A stretch of 64,000 bases of DNA, taken from assembly GCA_951406725.2 (NCBI GenBank), contig OX597818.1, positions 1,054,001-1,118,000 of the forward strand, read 5' to 3'. The notes beneath the pieces were generated by a model that had not been told where the DNA came from, did no database searches, and was given only the letters and a program-made list of their open reading frames with translations. A program made the translations under genes and the position numbers. Positions 13,998-28,399 of this stretch are shown here, piece by piece. How positions within the stretch are numbered: position 1 is the stretch's first letter; every line of letters begins with the position of its first letter. The stretch is from Octopus vulgaris (Eukaryota).

Positions 13998-14512
13998 AGG
14001 TTCATACCGAATAACATTGAATGTCAAAGGTTTTGGAGTGACATCTGGAGCAAAGACAAGGAGCACAAGAAGGATGCTGAATGGTTGCAAGAACTGAAAC
14101 AAACAGTAGTCTGTCCAAAACAAGCAGAACTAATCGTTTCAGTTAGGGAAGTGAAAGAAATCAGCCAAAAAAATGGGTAACGAGAAGGCCTGGGACCAGA
14201 TGGGGTTCAAGGCTACTAGATCAAAAGATTTGGTGAATGTCATGTGCAAATAGCTGCACAGCTCAACACCTTGTTAAATGCCGACCAAGTAACACCAGAG
14301 TGGTTGACAATGGGTAGGACAGTGCTGTGCTTGAAAAACATCGAAAAAGGCAATACAGTGGACGATTACAGGCTGACATGCTGCTTGCCACTTATGTAGA
14401 AAGTATTGACTGGAATAGTCGCAGAGTCAATGTATGGACATCTGGAAAAAATGGAGTCCTACTACATGAGCAGAAGGGTTACAAGGATAAATGCAGAGGT
14501 ACGAAGGATCAA
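13998..14512 (+). pseudogene. R4/Dong-like LINE fragment (pre-RT and RT N-terminus)
   Basis: FWSDIWSKDKEHKKDAEWL, GPDGVQGY and EQKG..GTKDQ motifs; begins at an (AAT)n array. Confidence 0.8.
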
Positions 14513-14700
14513 CAAAATCCTCATCCGTCTTTAACCTCTGAGTTATGCTATTTATCTCTCTTTTTTTCTTCTGTTTTGGCCGCAGGCCTAATTAGCCCTC
14601 CGCAAGAGCGAACTGGAAAGGTCTGCACGGAGTGCGGTTTTTAAGGTAGTGTATATATATATATATACTTTATTTAAAAGCACCAGAAATATAACAAAAG

Positions 14701-14738
14701 CTGTTACTCAGAGTTTCACGTTCCCGTTCGTCGGACAG
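14701..14738 (-). ncRNA. Minimal type I hammerhead-like motif (U4C core variant)
   Basis: ctgt-CCGACGA-ACG ggaa CGT-GAAACTC t GAGTA-acag; all three stems pair; a decayed homolog lies at 54637-54674. Confidence 0.55.
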
Positions 14739-14753
14739 TTTCGCTAATATATA

Positions 14754-14826
<73 letters not shown>

Positions 14827-14829
<3 letters not shown>

Positions 14830-14959
14830 CGCATGGTTCCGGGTTCAGTCCCACTGCGTGGCATCTTGGTCAAGTGTCTTCTGCTATAGCCCCGGGCCGA
14901 CCAATGCCTTGTGAGTGGATTTGGTAGACGGAAACTGAAAGAAGCCTGTCGTATATGTG

Positions 14960-15027
<68 letters not shown>

Positions 15028-15225
15028 TGTGTCTGTGTTTGTACCCCTTGCATTGCTTGACAACCGATGCTGGTGTGTTTACGCCCCCGTCACCTAGCGG
15101 TTTGGCAAAACAGACCGATAGAATAAGTACTAGGCTTACAAAGAATAAGTCCCAAGTTACTCGACTAAAGGCGGTGCTCCAGCATGGCCGCAGTCAAAAT
15201 GACCGAAACAAATAAATGAAAAGGA
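14827..15225 (+). mobile_element. tRNA-derived SINE family B with internal microsatellite
   Basis: B-box-like gggttcagtccc, core cttggtcaagtgtcttctgctatagcc, tail ggtgctccagcatggccgcagtc; further copies near 47.4, 52.3 and 52.9 kb. Confidence 0.85.
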
Positions 15226-15325
15226 ATAAAAAAGAATATAATATTAGGGTAATAAGAACTATAGAAATTAAAACACATTAAGAGGCTTCCATCATAGGAA
15301 AGCCTCATATGTTTTAATGTACACG

Positions 15326-15437
<112 letters not shown>

Positions 15438-16019
15438 TGAGTTGTGGGGTATCGCACGAGTGGAATTATATACGAAAGAAGGTTTGAAAATGCAATTTAA
15501 AAGATGTTTATTTACTTAACCGGTTTCACTCTTTGGAAAAAGGTTGTCAAAAGTAACATAGAATATTATGAATTCAAAAAAGTTTTTTACATAATTGCCA
15601 CATAACATGTATATATACAGTCTTTGGTAACAGGGACATGTTAAGGACATAAAGAAGTACAATAGTGTGATGAGAATATTTGAAAAAATGGGCAGAAAAG
15701 AATAAAACAAATATATTATTGGAAGTTTGGTTGCGTTAATTATTGGTTGTTGCAAATTGCCACATTACATGTATATAAACAGTCTTTGGTAACAAGGACA
15801 TGCTAATGACATAAGAAAGTACAACAGTATGATGAGAATATTTGAAAAAATGGACAGATTAAAATGAATATATTATACATCTCAGGGTCAGTACAGAATA
15901 TTATGAATTCAAGGCGAGTTTGTTTACTGACCTGTCCGTTTTAGCAGAAATGTTGAATTGAGAAAGATGTACCCGTTTTTTTTCTGTTTTTGGCTTTCCT
16001 TCAAGCGTCAATGATTTTG

Positions 16020-17720
16020 GGGTTAGGAGGAGGTGAATATATGTGTCTCTCTGCGTGTGTGTGAATAGATGTGTCTGTGTGTCTGTAGTATTTGGTCAGA
16101 TGGCGTCTGTTTGTCAAGTGTGTGTGGTTGTCATGGTGTTGTGTGTGCGTGTGTGCGCGCGTGCGCGTGTACGCACGCATGAGTGTGGATGGCATTTGAC
16201 ATGGTGCTGCGTGTGTATATATGTGCCTGTATGGAGGTGAGACTGGTGTGAGTGTGCGTGCCCCTGTGTGCGTGCACACACACGTATACAAGCGTCTGCG
16301 TGTGTGTGGGGGCTGTTTTTGAATGGTTCCAGGGTGGCGAAAATAGATGTGTGTTGTTTAAAGAATTTTTTGGGGTAGGATGGTGTGTGTATATATGCGT
16401 GCCCGCCCGTGCGCGCGCGTGCGTGCGCGTGCACGCCTACGCGTGTGTGCGGGCCATACACACACACTACACATACATACATACACACACACACACACAT
16501 CATACACACCACACACACACACACACACATATCTGACCCCCCCCCACACACACATAATATACAAACACACAACACACACACACAAAACACACACATACAG
16601 AACACACACACACACACAACGCACACACATATAATATACACACACAACACACAAATATAACATATTTATATATAATATACACACATATAACACACACACA
16701 CAACACACACTCACTCACACACAACACACGCACACATACATACATAATATAAATACAACACAAATACACCTGGCACATATATACATACAATACACATACA
16801 CAATATATACATATAACATACATACACAATACATACATATAATATATATATATAGGCAATGCATATACACATATACATATATACATATATATAGTGTTTA
16901 CATACACATACATAAATATACCACATATACACACAGTATACATACATACAATGTATACATATACACATACGCATACATATAACATATATATACACATAAC
17001 ATACACATACACAATGCATACATATATATACATGCAATGTATATACATGTATTCATGCATATATAACACACCTACAATATACATATATACAATGCACACA
17101 TACACACACATATACACATAATGTACACATACATATACAATACACATACATACAATATACATATACACAATGCACATGCAAATAATGCACATATATATAC
17201 ACATACACACATATATATATATATATATATATTTACACATATACACATACATATATATATAATGCACACACACACACACAAAATACATACATATAGCGTA
17301 CACACACATATATATCTACATACCACACACACATACAAAAAATGTATTCACATATACACATATACCATGCATACACACACACAACACACACATATATACA
17401 TATATATAAAACATATACACATATAAATACATACACACACACAATGCACACACACACACACGCACATACACACACAACGCACACACACACACACACGCAC
17501 ACACACACACACACGCACACACACACACACAACCCATACAACACTCACACACATACATAACCTACATATATATAATGCATGCGTGTGCGTGCCGCGTATG
17601 TGTGTGGTCAATGCCCGCTAGTGTGCCCTATGTGTGCCGATGCGTGCATGTGTCCGCCTGCATGATATGCTGCGAGTGTGCGCGTGTCCCTGTGTGCTTG
17701 CTCTGGATGTGTGCCTAGGG
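16020..17720. repeat. Long degenerate CA/TA/TG compound microsatellite in the PLE 3' region
   Basis: ~1.7 kb of cryptic dinucleotide repeats between the GIY-YIG stop codon and the pseudo-LTR. Confidence 0.9.
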
Positions 17721-17726
17721 GGTATG

Positions 17727-20260
17727 TTAGAGTATGTTTAGTTGTGGTCTGTATTTTTGAATAAGATTACTTTCCCTATTTATTCGTGTTTGGTCTGTGG
17801 TGTTGTCCGAGCATTGGTATAGTGGGAAGACTAAGAATTTGGGGGACTTATTGTGTGCACAAAGGTCTAAGTGTCCACTTAGTGGTATCTGTCTTGTGGA
17901 GGGGTCCCTCAGTTGTTGTCGGTGAACTGTCATTCTTTCTCTGAGGGTAAGGCTCGTTTGCCCTACGTAGTCTTCGTGGCATCCTTCACACCTTATGACG
18001 TAGATTAAATTTTTTGATACGCACGTGAAATTATTTTTTATGATGAATGTGTGTCCCGAGCGGAACTTGTACGTCGATCCCTCAATGAGGTGGATGCAAG
18101 TCCTGCAGTTGGGGTGACCACATTTTTTGATGGTGGGCGGTGGGTTTGTGTTGTGTAATTTTGCGTTGGTGAGGAGGTTTTTTAGGGATTTAGGTTGTCT
18201 CTAACTTTTTATTATTTTATGAGCTGCCAGTAATTTTTTCAGCCGTGGGTCTTGATTTAGTTGTGGAATGTTGTTGTATATAATAGTGTAAGCTTCTGCA
18301 TTCCTTGGGTTGTGTGTTGAGAGATAGGGGAGGCTATTTACTGTACTGTGGATGTGTTTGGGTTTTCGTAGGTCTTGAGTGTTGATTGATTTGGCCCGTT
18401 CTATTCCGTTGTCTACTAGTGATGCCGGGTAATGTCTTTCGAGAAGAATTGCCCTTAGTTCTCGGAGTCTTCTATTTCGTGTTGTGTCATTTGAGACAAT
18501 AGTGCAGATTCTTCTCGCTAGGTTGAAGGGGATATTTGTCTTTGTGTGTTTTGGGTGACTGGAGGTGAATAGAAGGTATTGTTTAGTTTCAGTGGGTTTG
18601 TAATGGATGTCAGTTTCAATGTTGACGCCTTTTTTAATGATTAGAATGTCAAGAAAAGGGAGTTGGTCCTGACTATATTCCATTGTGAATTGAATGTTGT
18701 TATTTACACTGTTGATAAGGTTTTTGAAGTCTATAAGTTGGTCGAGTGTGTGGGACCATAGGATGAGGCAATCATCTAAGTAGCGTTTCCAGTTCTCCAA
18801 CAGGTATTTGTGGAAAGACTGGCCGTACTTATATTTGGATTTTTCATAGATATGTGATTCCAGGTAAGCCATCACCAGGTTTGCATAGGTAGGTGCAACT
18901 TTCGTACCCATTGCAGTTCCTGAAACCTGTCTGTAAGTGTTGTTATTGAAATACATGAAGTTGTTTTGCAGAATAAATTTGAGGCCCTCAATGATGAATT
19001 CTTTTTTAATTCTTTCCGGGATCTCATTGGGATATTTATCCAGCCAGAATTTAATGGCTTCCAGTCTATATTCATGTGGGATTGTGGTGTAAAGATTAAT
19101 TACATCAAAGGAAACGATTAAAGTGTCTTTATCGGTATGTTTGGGGAGATGATTTAATAGGTCCAGGTCATCTCTTACAATACTTGGAATGTCTTTCAGT
19201 ATTGGTTTTAGGATGATATCTATAAAGTTGCTAAGTCTGTGTGTTTCACAACTTGGGCCTGCCACTATTGGTCTCAGTTTGAGATCAGTGGGATGTGGTA
19301 TAGTGATGCAGGTTGAAGTGGACTTTTTGCAAGCTTCTGTGATAATTTGAATCTTGTGTATTTTTGGAAGCCCATAGAGTGTGCTGGTTTTGCAATTAAA
19401 GATTGTAATGTAGTCGCATTCCTTGGCTGTTAAGTCATTCCGGTGTTGGTAAATGAGTGCCTTCAGTTTGGTCATTGTTTTGGATTGCTGGTAGTCGACT
19501 ACTCTTTCATAGTATGTGGTATCCTCTAAAAGGAGAGATACAGAGTTTTTTTATACTGCTCAGTATTCATAATAACGACCGTACTACCCTTATCAGCTTC
19601 CTTTATTGTGACGTCATGATTGTCTCGTAGCGTATGGATGATTTCCCATTCTCTTTTACTGGTTTGGGTTTGGGTTTAGGTTGTGGGAGTTCACCATAAG
19701 GGAAGTTTGAGATGTAATCGCAAAATTTGTCTAAGGTTTTGTTTTTGCCTTTTATGGGATTATAGCTGCTTTTGTTACGGACCATTGATTCGTCGTTATT
19801 ATTAGTTTTCCTGTCAAAAAATTCCTCTGTGAGGCGTAATTTTCTGCAAAAGTGTGAGATGTCATCCTGTATTTCCCTCAGGTTAGGGTATTGCGGAGTT
19901 GGGGTGAATTTTAGTCCACTTGAAAGGATTTTTATTTGTGGTGTCGACAGGTTTAGGTTTGAGAGATTCACTATTTTTGGTTTTTCGGGGTTGGTATCTA
20001 TCATCTGGTGTCGTAGAAACTGATGCCCTTGCCTAAAAAAGGAATCCTGGGGGTTCTTCTATCTGCGGTATTTTGCTGTATGTGATTCTGTCCCCCGTTG
20101 ATATGTTGTCTGTTGAAGAGGTTTTGGTTGTTCCAGGGTCTGGGTTGTTGGTGTGGCCTCCTGGAAGAGTTTTGGTTATTCCAGGGTCTGGGTTGTTTGT
20201 CCTGGGTGTAATGTTGGTTCCTTAGAGTGGGTTGGAAAACACATTCATGGTTTAGAAGTG
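17727..20260 (-). pseudogene. PLE polyprotein (RT, Cys-rich linker, GIY-YIG endonuclease), disrupted
   Basis: LSSGLKFTP, LYGLPKIHK, LRPIVAG, SFDVINLYT, GTAMG, RYLDD, LPFLD; after a premature TAG at 18201 it continues CGHPNCRTC..TCVSKNLIYVIRCEGCHEDYVGQT. Confidence 0.92.
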
Positions 20261-20475
20261 AATTTTTCAAATATTCTCATCACACTGTTGTACTTCTTTA
20301 TGTCCTTAACATGTCCCTGTTACCAAAGACTGTATATATACATATTATGTGGCAATTATGTAAAAACTTTTTTGAATTCATAATATTCTATGTTACTTTT
20401 GACAACCTTTTTCCAAAGAGTGAAACCGGTTAAGTAAATAAACATCTTTTAAATTGCATTTTCAAACCTTCTTTC

Positions 20476-20530
<55 letters not shown>

Positions 20531-20648
20531 CGTGTATGTGTATGTGTGTGTGTATGTATGAATGTATGTATGTATGTATGTATGTATGTATGTATGTATG
20601 TATGTATGTATGTATGTATGTATGTATGTATGTATGTATGTATGTATG

Positions 20649-20679
<31 letters not shown>

Positions 20680-20917
20680 ACTGAGACTCACCAACTATGT
20701 TTAGGTATGGTACTAATGTGCTAATATAAATGAAGAGTGTTATTTTGTCAAATGTTTTTCTGTACAAAATGATAAATTAAATGTATTTACATTACAAATT
20801 TTATTCAAAATTTTCAAGCGAGTCAGCAAAATCACATATCTGTTTAAGAAAATATGCCTTAACATTTCTCGTTTTATTAAAGATAATACGATGCCGACCA
20901 TAAGTTTCTGATTAATG

Positions 20918-21186
20918 TTATCTTTGGCCCGATGTTTTCGAATGAGTGTTGTCAATACTGATATCCACTGGCACTTCATCTTGAGTGAAATTGGTTGATC
21001 TTATGTGAAAGTCAATATTTGCCTCTGAATGAAACTTGAAAGGCTTCATTAATGTGGGTTTCACTAATAGCAGACGATCATCATCACTGCCACCATTAAC
21101 AAACAATTTATTTTGAACCCGACGCTTAACACGCCAGACTTTCAACTTATCCACTCTGCTTCTTTGGAGATATTTTACCAAATGAT
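20918..21186 (-). CDS. Putative last coding exon of an orphan secreted precursor
   Basis: Acceptor ttctgtttctattcaaatag|AT CAT TTG; phase-1 join to exon 39702-40665 is in frame; non-repetitive; RVKR furin site; AATAAA downstream near 20875 and 20800. Confidence 0.6.
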
Positions 21187-21899
21187 CTATTTGAATAGAA
21201 ACAGAATTTTATTTTTCAACAAGCATTTTGTGAAATCTGTGTTAAAATAATAAATGCTAACAAAAATTACAAGAATCTTTGCAATAAAGGAAATATTTTC
21301 TTGGTTCAAGAAAGAAAAAGAAAACCAAATAAAAACAAAAAGAAATACTCTAAGGCTCTAAAATCTAAACAACTCCAGAGGGTGTAACTTGATATGGTGC
21401 AGTGTGGAGATGGTGTTTAGGGGTGGGGTGGAGATGAATGTTCAAACTTGAATGTTGTACAACATAAAATCAGTTGATAATAAGAAATAAGAGAGAACCT
21501 TTCAGGAAAAAAGATTACGAAAATATAAGAAGACAAACAATCAATGGAATATTACATTTCGATAGGTAATGTTCCGTAACCGGTTATGTTTTTGGGTTAC
21601 TACTGAAGGTTTTCGTCTTCGGGTAATATACCCACCCTTCTTCAAAGTGTTCTTGCTAACCAAGTAAGCAACCGCAATACGGGGATAAAGAAAAAAAATT
21701 ATGAAAACAAAATTTCAACACCAGCCATCTACCCCGTTTCATGCCACTCAACCATAATATTCAGTTATAGAGGGAACAGGATGATTACAGTACAACAGAC
21801 GTTTTCAGAGCTTCATATATTGATATCTTTAAGGAATGTTGGCGAGTCCAGCATTGTTGCAAAAATATCATCTTTCGTAATATAGATCCTAAATGAAGG

Positions 21900-22082
21900 T
21901 GCGTGGTTTATATAGACCTGATATAAAAGTTCATGGTTTATAAAGATTCTATATGCAAACCCTATATAGAAGTATGTGGTTTATATAGACCCTATATAGA
22001 AGTACGTGGTTTATATAGACCCTTTATAGAAGTACGTGGTTTATATAGACCCTTTATAGAAGTATGGATTTTATATAAACCA
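21900..22082 (+). repeat. 30-bp minisatellite (~6 units)
   Basis: gtggtttatatagaccctttatagaagtac repeated in tandem. Confidence 0.85.
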
Positions 22083-23195
22083 GCACCCAAATATAAACAT
22101 TTCTATCATGGACCTTCATACATATTCCAGGGATCTACTCCTACCAATCTTTCAAAACCATAGAGCCTCTTAATGATTGAAACTTAACGTCCACATCCAT
22201 AGTAATTCCTGACTGCCCAAGGAAGAAATCCTTTCGCCAGATCTCAGTTACTGCACTTACTTCAAATGTATACTTCTTCATAGATACAACGTACTCTCGT
22301 GATCTGTTATAAATCAGTCAGCTTTGTCCTCCGATACTGCTCGATGATTGAACAAAGTACAAGGCTTCAATCTATCCCAGACTAAGAAATTGAACAAACA
22401 ATATGGGACACTACAGAAACATATCTCTGAAGAGTGCAGTACCGAAACTCGCAGTCCAGCTGAAATTCATAATTTAATAGGCATTTTCTGATAGCACTAA
22501 AAAGATTCCCAAGATTTCCAAGATTTCCAAGGTTAAATAAACCTAGTATACACTTCTAAATTTAGTTCGGAAAAAGAATGTAATAAGCAACTGGTGTTTA
22601 TTGATACACTTGTAGAGAACAAGCGTTAAAACGTCGGGAGATCTTTCTAAAATCTTGTTTTATCTTTCGTACAAACTCAAGACTTGCGAAATGCCGACAA
22701 CACGGTGGCAGTGGTGAAAAAATGGTATTCACTGGTGACTGAGCATATAAAGAAGAAACGTATCACCACAACAATATAGTCTCAAGAAAGAAATATCTTA
22801 TCTTCAAATAATTATCTTTTCTGAAGCCGAGATCAATTCAAAACTGATTGTGATTTTACCTTGAGGGTCTGGCAGGAAAACTACAGAGAATTCATATCAA
22901 GAATAAAAGAACAATTCTTTACTAGAATAAAATTTCCCCAAGTAGAATTGAGTAAGTGGACCTTAAGGGTTAAATAAGGGGAAAATTCTTAAATTTCCAA
23001 AATAACGGATATATCAAAATTAGAAATAACTAAACACATATTGTGTGAGAAAGTTAATTCTAAACCTTGTGAAATGGAATTTCAGAAAATTGCAGAACCA
23101 CAGAAGCACAAAAATATATAAAAGTACAATAACTGGTAATAATTGCGAAGTGAACTTCTTAACCATTTAGCCATATATTCACACACACATGCACG

Positions 23196-23252
<57 letters not shown>

Positions 23253-23283
23253 GCATATGTATGTATGTATGTATGTATGTCTG

Positions 23284-23358
<75 letters not shown>

Positions 23359-26300
23359 GTCTCGTCCTTTACTCTTAGTGGGGGATTGGAATGCTACCTT
23401 GGACACGCATGTAGACTACGTGGGTAGAGATAGGAATAGACGGGGATGCAAATGCCTCAGAGACCTGCTCAGACGCTTTCAACTGTCTGACAGGTTCCGA
23501 CTAGACCACCCGAATGCGCCAACGTGGACATGGAGCAACCGCATCGGGTCGTCGAGATCGTATCTAGATAGGATACTGTGTAGGACAGTAGATAGAGATA
23601 GCATAGGATGTCCACAATTCCACATAGTCAGCTACACGGATCACAAACGTGTGACATGTACGCTAGACTTAAGTAAGACACTTAGGCAGGGTTCCGGATA
23701 CTGGAAACTAAACGCATCTTTCCCATCGAGACAGGTTTTCAGAGACCGGATTAGCACACTAGTAAAGAGGGCTTTGACGGGAGCCATCATCAACAACAAA
23801 TGGTGGTTTGCCCTCAAGAGAGCAGTAAAAGCAGAAGCGATTAGGTACAGCAAAGCACTAGCCATAGATAGAAATAGAGTAGAGGGTGAGCTAGTTAAGA
23901 AGCTAGAAGAGGCAATTAGAAGCGGCATCGCATCCGACGTTTTGGCGGCGAGGTTGGCCCTCGACCAACACTTCAACGCCAAACACGAAGGGTGTGCTGT
24001 CAGAGCTAGGATGCGTGCTCTAAGAAGAAAAGGTGTTGGAGCCGCGAGAGAGGCCCGGGTGGCAAAGGCGCAACAGGGCAACAAAGCCACCATTCGGTCT
24101 CTGGTAGATGAACAGGGGCGCGAATTGCTCGAGCCAAGTAAAATATGTAAGGCCTTTCAACAGCATTTTGCCCGACTGTTCGGGACGAGTGGCGGGCAAG
24201 AACGTAGGGTGGACTTCAGTGCCTACCTACACAGCCTACCACGACTCTCGACAAGAGAGGCAGGGTGCTGCGAAGGTGCCATCACGGCGGCGGAAGTGCA
24301 GGACGCGATGGCAGAAAGCTCGCGGGACAAATCACCGGGTTTGGATGGTCTACACTACGAGCTTTACAATTGTATGCCCGACTTGTTTGGAGATGTCTTG
24401 GCAGCGGTGTACTGCGACTGGCAGCAAAACGGAGCATTCCTGGTTTTGTGAGCCGAGGAGTCGTAACACTGCTGAGGAAAGATCTAAACAAGGGAAATGT
24501 AATAGATAACTTTAGGCCCATCACTCTGCTTAATGCAGACTTGAAAATTTTGGCCAAGGTGCTAGCCAAGAGGTTGGCGCTTGTCATCGAGAAGCTGGTC
24601 GAAAAGGCGCAAACATGCGCCCTGCCGGGCCGGACCATCCATGACAACCTCTACCTGATGCGCTACACCATAGACAAGGTAGTTAACAAACCTGGCATGG
24701 GTGGGGCGCTGATCAATTTGGATCAATCGAAAGCTTTCGATAGGGTGGACCATCGATACTTGGGGGCAGTCCTCAGAGCGGCTGGCTTCGGTCCCGTCTT
24801 CCGCGCCTGGATAGCCGCGTTGTACAGAGGCATCCGTTCGATAATTCGCGTAAATGGACATCTATCGAGACCTTTCGACATCGCACGTTCGGTCCGTCAG
24901 GGATGCCCCTTCTCGTTGCTTCTATACGTATTGACTCTCGAGCCATTATTGCGGAAGCTGGCAACTCTGAGGGGCATCCCGCGAGAACTGGGATGCGGGA
25001 CGAGCGTGTCTGCATACGCGGACGACGTCACCGTCATAGTGTATAGCCACGAGCAGGTCGGCGAGACACTGAAAGACTACGAAGCGGTGACAGGAGCGAA
25101 AATCAACCGGGAAAAGTCAGTGGGCTTGCGACTAGGCACCTGGAGAAGCAAGCCCATGCCGTCCACCAGCGCCTCCGTCGTGGGACACTGGACCGACGAC
25201 CCGGTCGAGTTGCTCGGGGTCTGGTTCGGTCCGGACCTCCAAGTGGAGAAGAACTGGAACGAGATAACGAGTAGGGTGGTCACTCTCGCCCGGCAATGGG
25301 CCGAGAGGAAACTGTCCCTAAAAGGTCGGGCGGAGGTGGCGAACACGTACATCGCGTCCGTCATCTACTACCGCCTGACCGTCGTGCCTTGTTCCGACCC
25401 TACCATCACCAAACTAGAACGCATTCTCTTTCGCTTCTTGTGGAAAGGATGCGTCCCGACGGTCAGGCGATCCATTTGCTGTCAACACCCGTTAAAAGGA
25501 GGACTGGGCATGCCGTGGTTGATGATGCGCAGACACGCGCTGAGACTGCGACATCTCAGGCTCTTCGTAGACGACGGTGAACAGGTGTGGTCGCCGTTTG
25601 TGAGGCACGCTTTCCCGCAGCTCGTCTCCATGACCGAACTGCAGTCGTGGATCAAAAAGAGGCCGAGGAAGGGCGAATGGCACCGCGAGTGTCACGTTGC
25701 TCTCAAGCAACTCTGGGTCAATCTTGAGTGACTTCATCACAACCAAAGCATTCTATAGGGGATTAGTGGAGGGGAGGTACGACGACGAGCTCGGGGCGAA
25801 CCTGGACGTCGATGAGGAGTACCTGACCCGCCTGTTCAGGACGACTTTCGGGCCAGGGCCCATGGACAACTTCCATGGCAGTGCTACCGAGAAGCGCTAC
25901 CCGTTCGGGATAAGCTCTACAGACACGGCTCGAGAAACACGGGGCCGACCTGCCCGAGATGCGGTCAGAGCGACGAAACCGTTCTGCACGCACTCATGCA
26001 GTGTCCAACAATCTCCGACCTGTGGGCTTATGTCGAACGACTGCTGTCACGTGTGGGACGAATCGGTTTATCAGCTGAGTCTATCTTCAATATTGTCACA
26101 CCTCCTTCCTTCAAACGGGAAGGAAGAGCTATTTTCATCATCCTTGTGGCTATGGCGAAAGAATGTATCTGGTGGACGCGTCTGAAAGGATTGGAGACAA
26201 ACACTTTCCTTTCTGGTCAATCTCTCATCAACTTCTTCAAGTACCACTTGAAAAGGAAAGTGAGAGTAGAGAGGCAAGTTTTGTCTAGCGAATGTTTTAA

Positions 26301-26810
26301 AAAAGATGGGTGAATGTAGCAAGGATGGCACGTATGAATGACGAAGCCACCTTGAGCATAATCCTATGAACCCAGAAATTGAAAACAGAGGGTTACCCAC
26401 TTGCAAACAAATGTGGTAACATATAACAATATTGACCAAGGTCACCGTGGTCTTTTTCGTAGGCTTTTCTTCCCACGGATAAACCTTACTTGCTTTCCCC
26501 TTTACACCATGCATCATAACACTGTGATACACGATCCTTATTGATCGCTTTTTTTTCCTCTTCCCTTTTTTCCCCCTTTTTCCTCTTTTTTTTCATTTCT
26601 CTTTTCTTTTGTTCCTTTTCCTTTTTTTTCTTTCTTTTGTTTTTTTTATTTTTTGTTCTTTCTTTTCCCTTTTACGATCCCTTTTGATCGAAAACCTACG
26701 CCACCTTTTTTTTGTTTCTTTTGTTTTTTGTTTTTTTCATCCCCCAAAAGAAAAGCTCTACCTTGTAACTTGTCCCATCTGTGTGCAGCCCTGTGTGGCC
26801 AATAAAAAAA
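23359..26810 (+). mobile_element. 5'-truncated Tx1/L1-clade LINE (APE C-terminus, RT, CCHC)
   Basis: GDWNA, SYLDRIL, TDHK, WKLN (APE); SPGLDG, FRPITLLN, LDQSKAFDRV, VRQGCP, YADD (RT); CPRC..H..C; T-rich 3' UTR, AATAAA/poly-A end; frameshifts near 24.44 kb and 25.7-25.9 kb. Confidence 0.93.
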
Positions 26811-27609
26811 CTTATCTATCTATCTATCTCCATACGTATCTAGCTTTGTGACATGTATCCAAATATAACTAGTCTAGGCACAGGTAAGAATTTTCGGAAA
26901 TTTAGAACCGATTGATTTCCTTATTTAACTAATCAACAGGATTCCCTTATTCGAGATGTTGAGCCATGGTCGCTGAAAATGTGGGAAAAAAAGGGAGCTG
27001 ATGAGTTAATTAACAAATTAGCCGGTTGAAGCTTCCCCTTAACCGACTGAAAAAAAAAACACTCTGATGAGGTTGAAGTTCTATCTGCCTATGTTTAAGA
27101 ATACTAAGAATATGCGGAAAAAACTTTATTTACTTATTTATTTATTTATGTATGAAGATTATGATAACTGACACCAAACGGACTCATAATGAAAATACTG
27201 TATTGTCTGAAGACAGGCTTCAGATCTACACCAGGATGTATTACTTGCTGTGGATTAAAAAAAAAGATCACATTCAGGTTTACTTTCATAGTTCAAATAT
27301 TCTTTTTAAGACACAGCAGTCTCCACTTCTTGTCGGTTTGAAACAACGAGCCTGAGAATTAATGTTGTGTCATTACTACACTAAAACGAACTTAAGCTGT
27401 GGAACAAGGCAAGCGGCCCGTGTCCCGTCATTGATTCATTACATGAAGTCACGACAGTTGATGCAAGCAGTGAATGTAATGAAATACAAACTACATTGAC
27501 TTTATAAGTAGTTCAGTAAACACACGCTTAGACACCGACATATTTAAGGTTCTTGTACATTGTACAGATGTGTGTGTATGTATAGTATATACATGGATAT
27601 ATTTGTGTG

Positions 27610-27658
<49 letters not shown>

Positions 27659-27818
27659 GTGTGTGTGTGTTTGTGTAGTACGTACATGGATATGCATGCA
27701 CACACAGACGCGCGCGCACACACATACACACACACATATCCAAATTGAGGATTCTTTCCCAATCACATGTCTTCCACACTGTTAATGGTCATAGGAGTCA
27801 GAACGAAGATTATCGATA

Positions 27819-28225
27819 TCTTTATATATAAAAGTGAGGTTGTGTGCTTTCTGTCTCCTACGATTTAGATTCCTAACTACTCCTACATTTTGCGGTGCAG
27901 TTTAACCAAAACCGGGTATCTTATAGTCGTGATTCATATCGAGCCCCTCTGGGTATTAGCGCGCGTCTACGATGAGTCTACGATGAGTCTACGATTAAAA
28001 AATAAATTACCATCAATTTTCCCCATTTTTAATGCATTTTTGGCATATATAAGGGAAGTAACTCTCTAAAAATGTATTATTAAATCTCAGAACGTAAAAA
28101 GCTACAGTAACACCCCCACTTTTGTGGTTAGCAATATTGAGATGGCTATTATACTTTACATCTCTAAAAATGCTTATATAGTTATTTCCCTTACAAACCC
28201 GAGCAACGCCGGGCGATACTGCTAG
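27819..28225 (+). mobile_element. Non-autonomous Helitron (~407 bp)
   Basis: 5' TC(tttatatataaaa), 3' hairpin cccgagcaacgccggg followed by CTAG, inserted between A and T, no TSD. Confidence 0.85.
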
Positions 28226-28399
28226 TGTAATTATAAGATCTAATGATCTAAGTGTAGGAAGTTAGTAAGCTTCGAGCAGTCCGTGGTAGGTATAAAAACA
28301 ATGTTCAGTATCAATAATAGTTTATTGGCGTCGAAGGTTGTCGGCGTTTCCCAATATCGAAGTTCGATAAGCTGAAAAAATATTTTTATACCCCACGGT

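Noticed and set aside
16001-17611. Many overlapping ORFs up to 269 aa rich in C/V/Y/M or H/T
   Set aside because: Translations of dinucleotide microsatellites; the same applies to poly-N/I/Y/L ORFs from (AAT)n arrays elsewhere
22150-22370. RTE-like APE remnant on the minus strand (..SAVTEIW..)
   Set aside because: A single weak motif; not enough to annotate
22425-22460. Hammerhead-like CTGAAGA..GAAACTCGCAGTC
   Set aside because: Stem I does not pair and stem II is broken; at best a dead remnant
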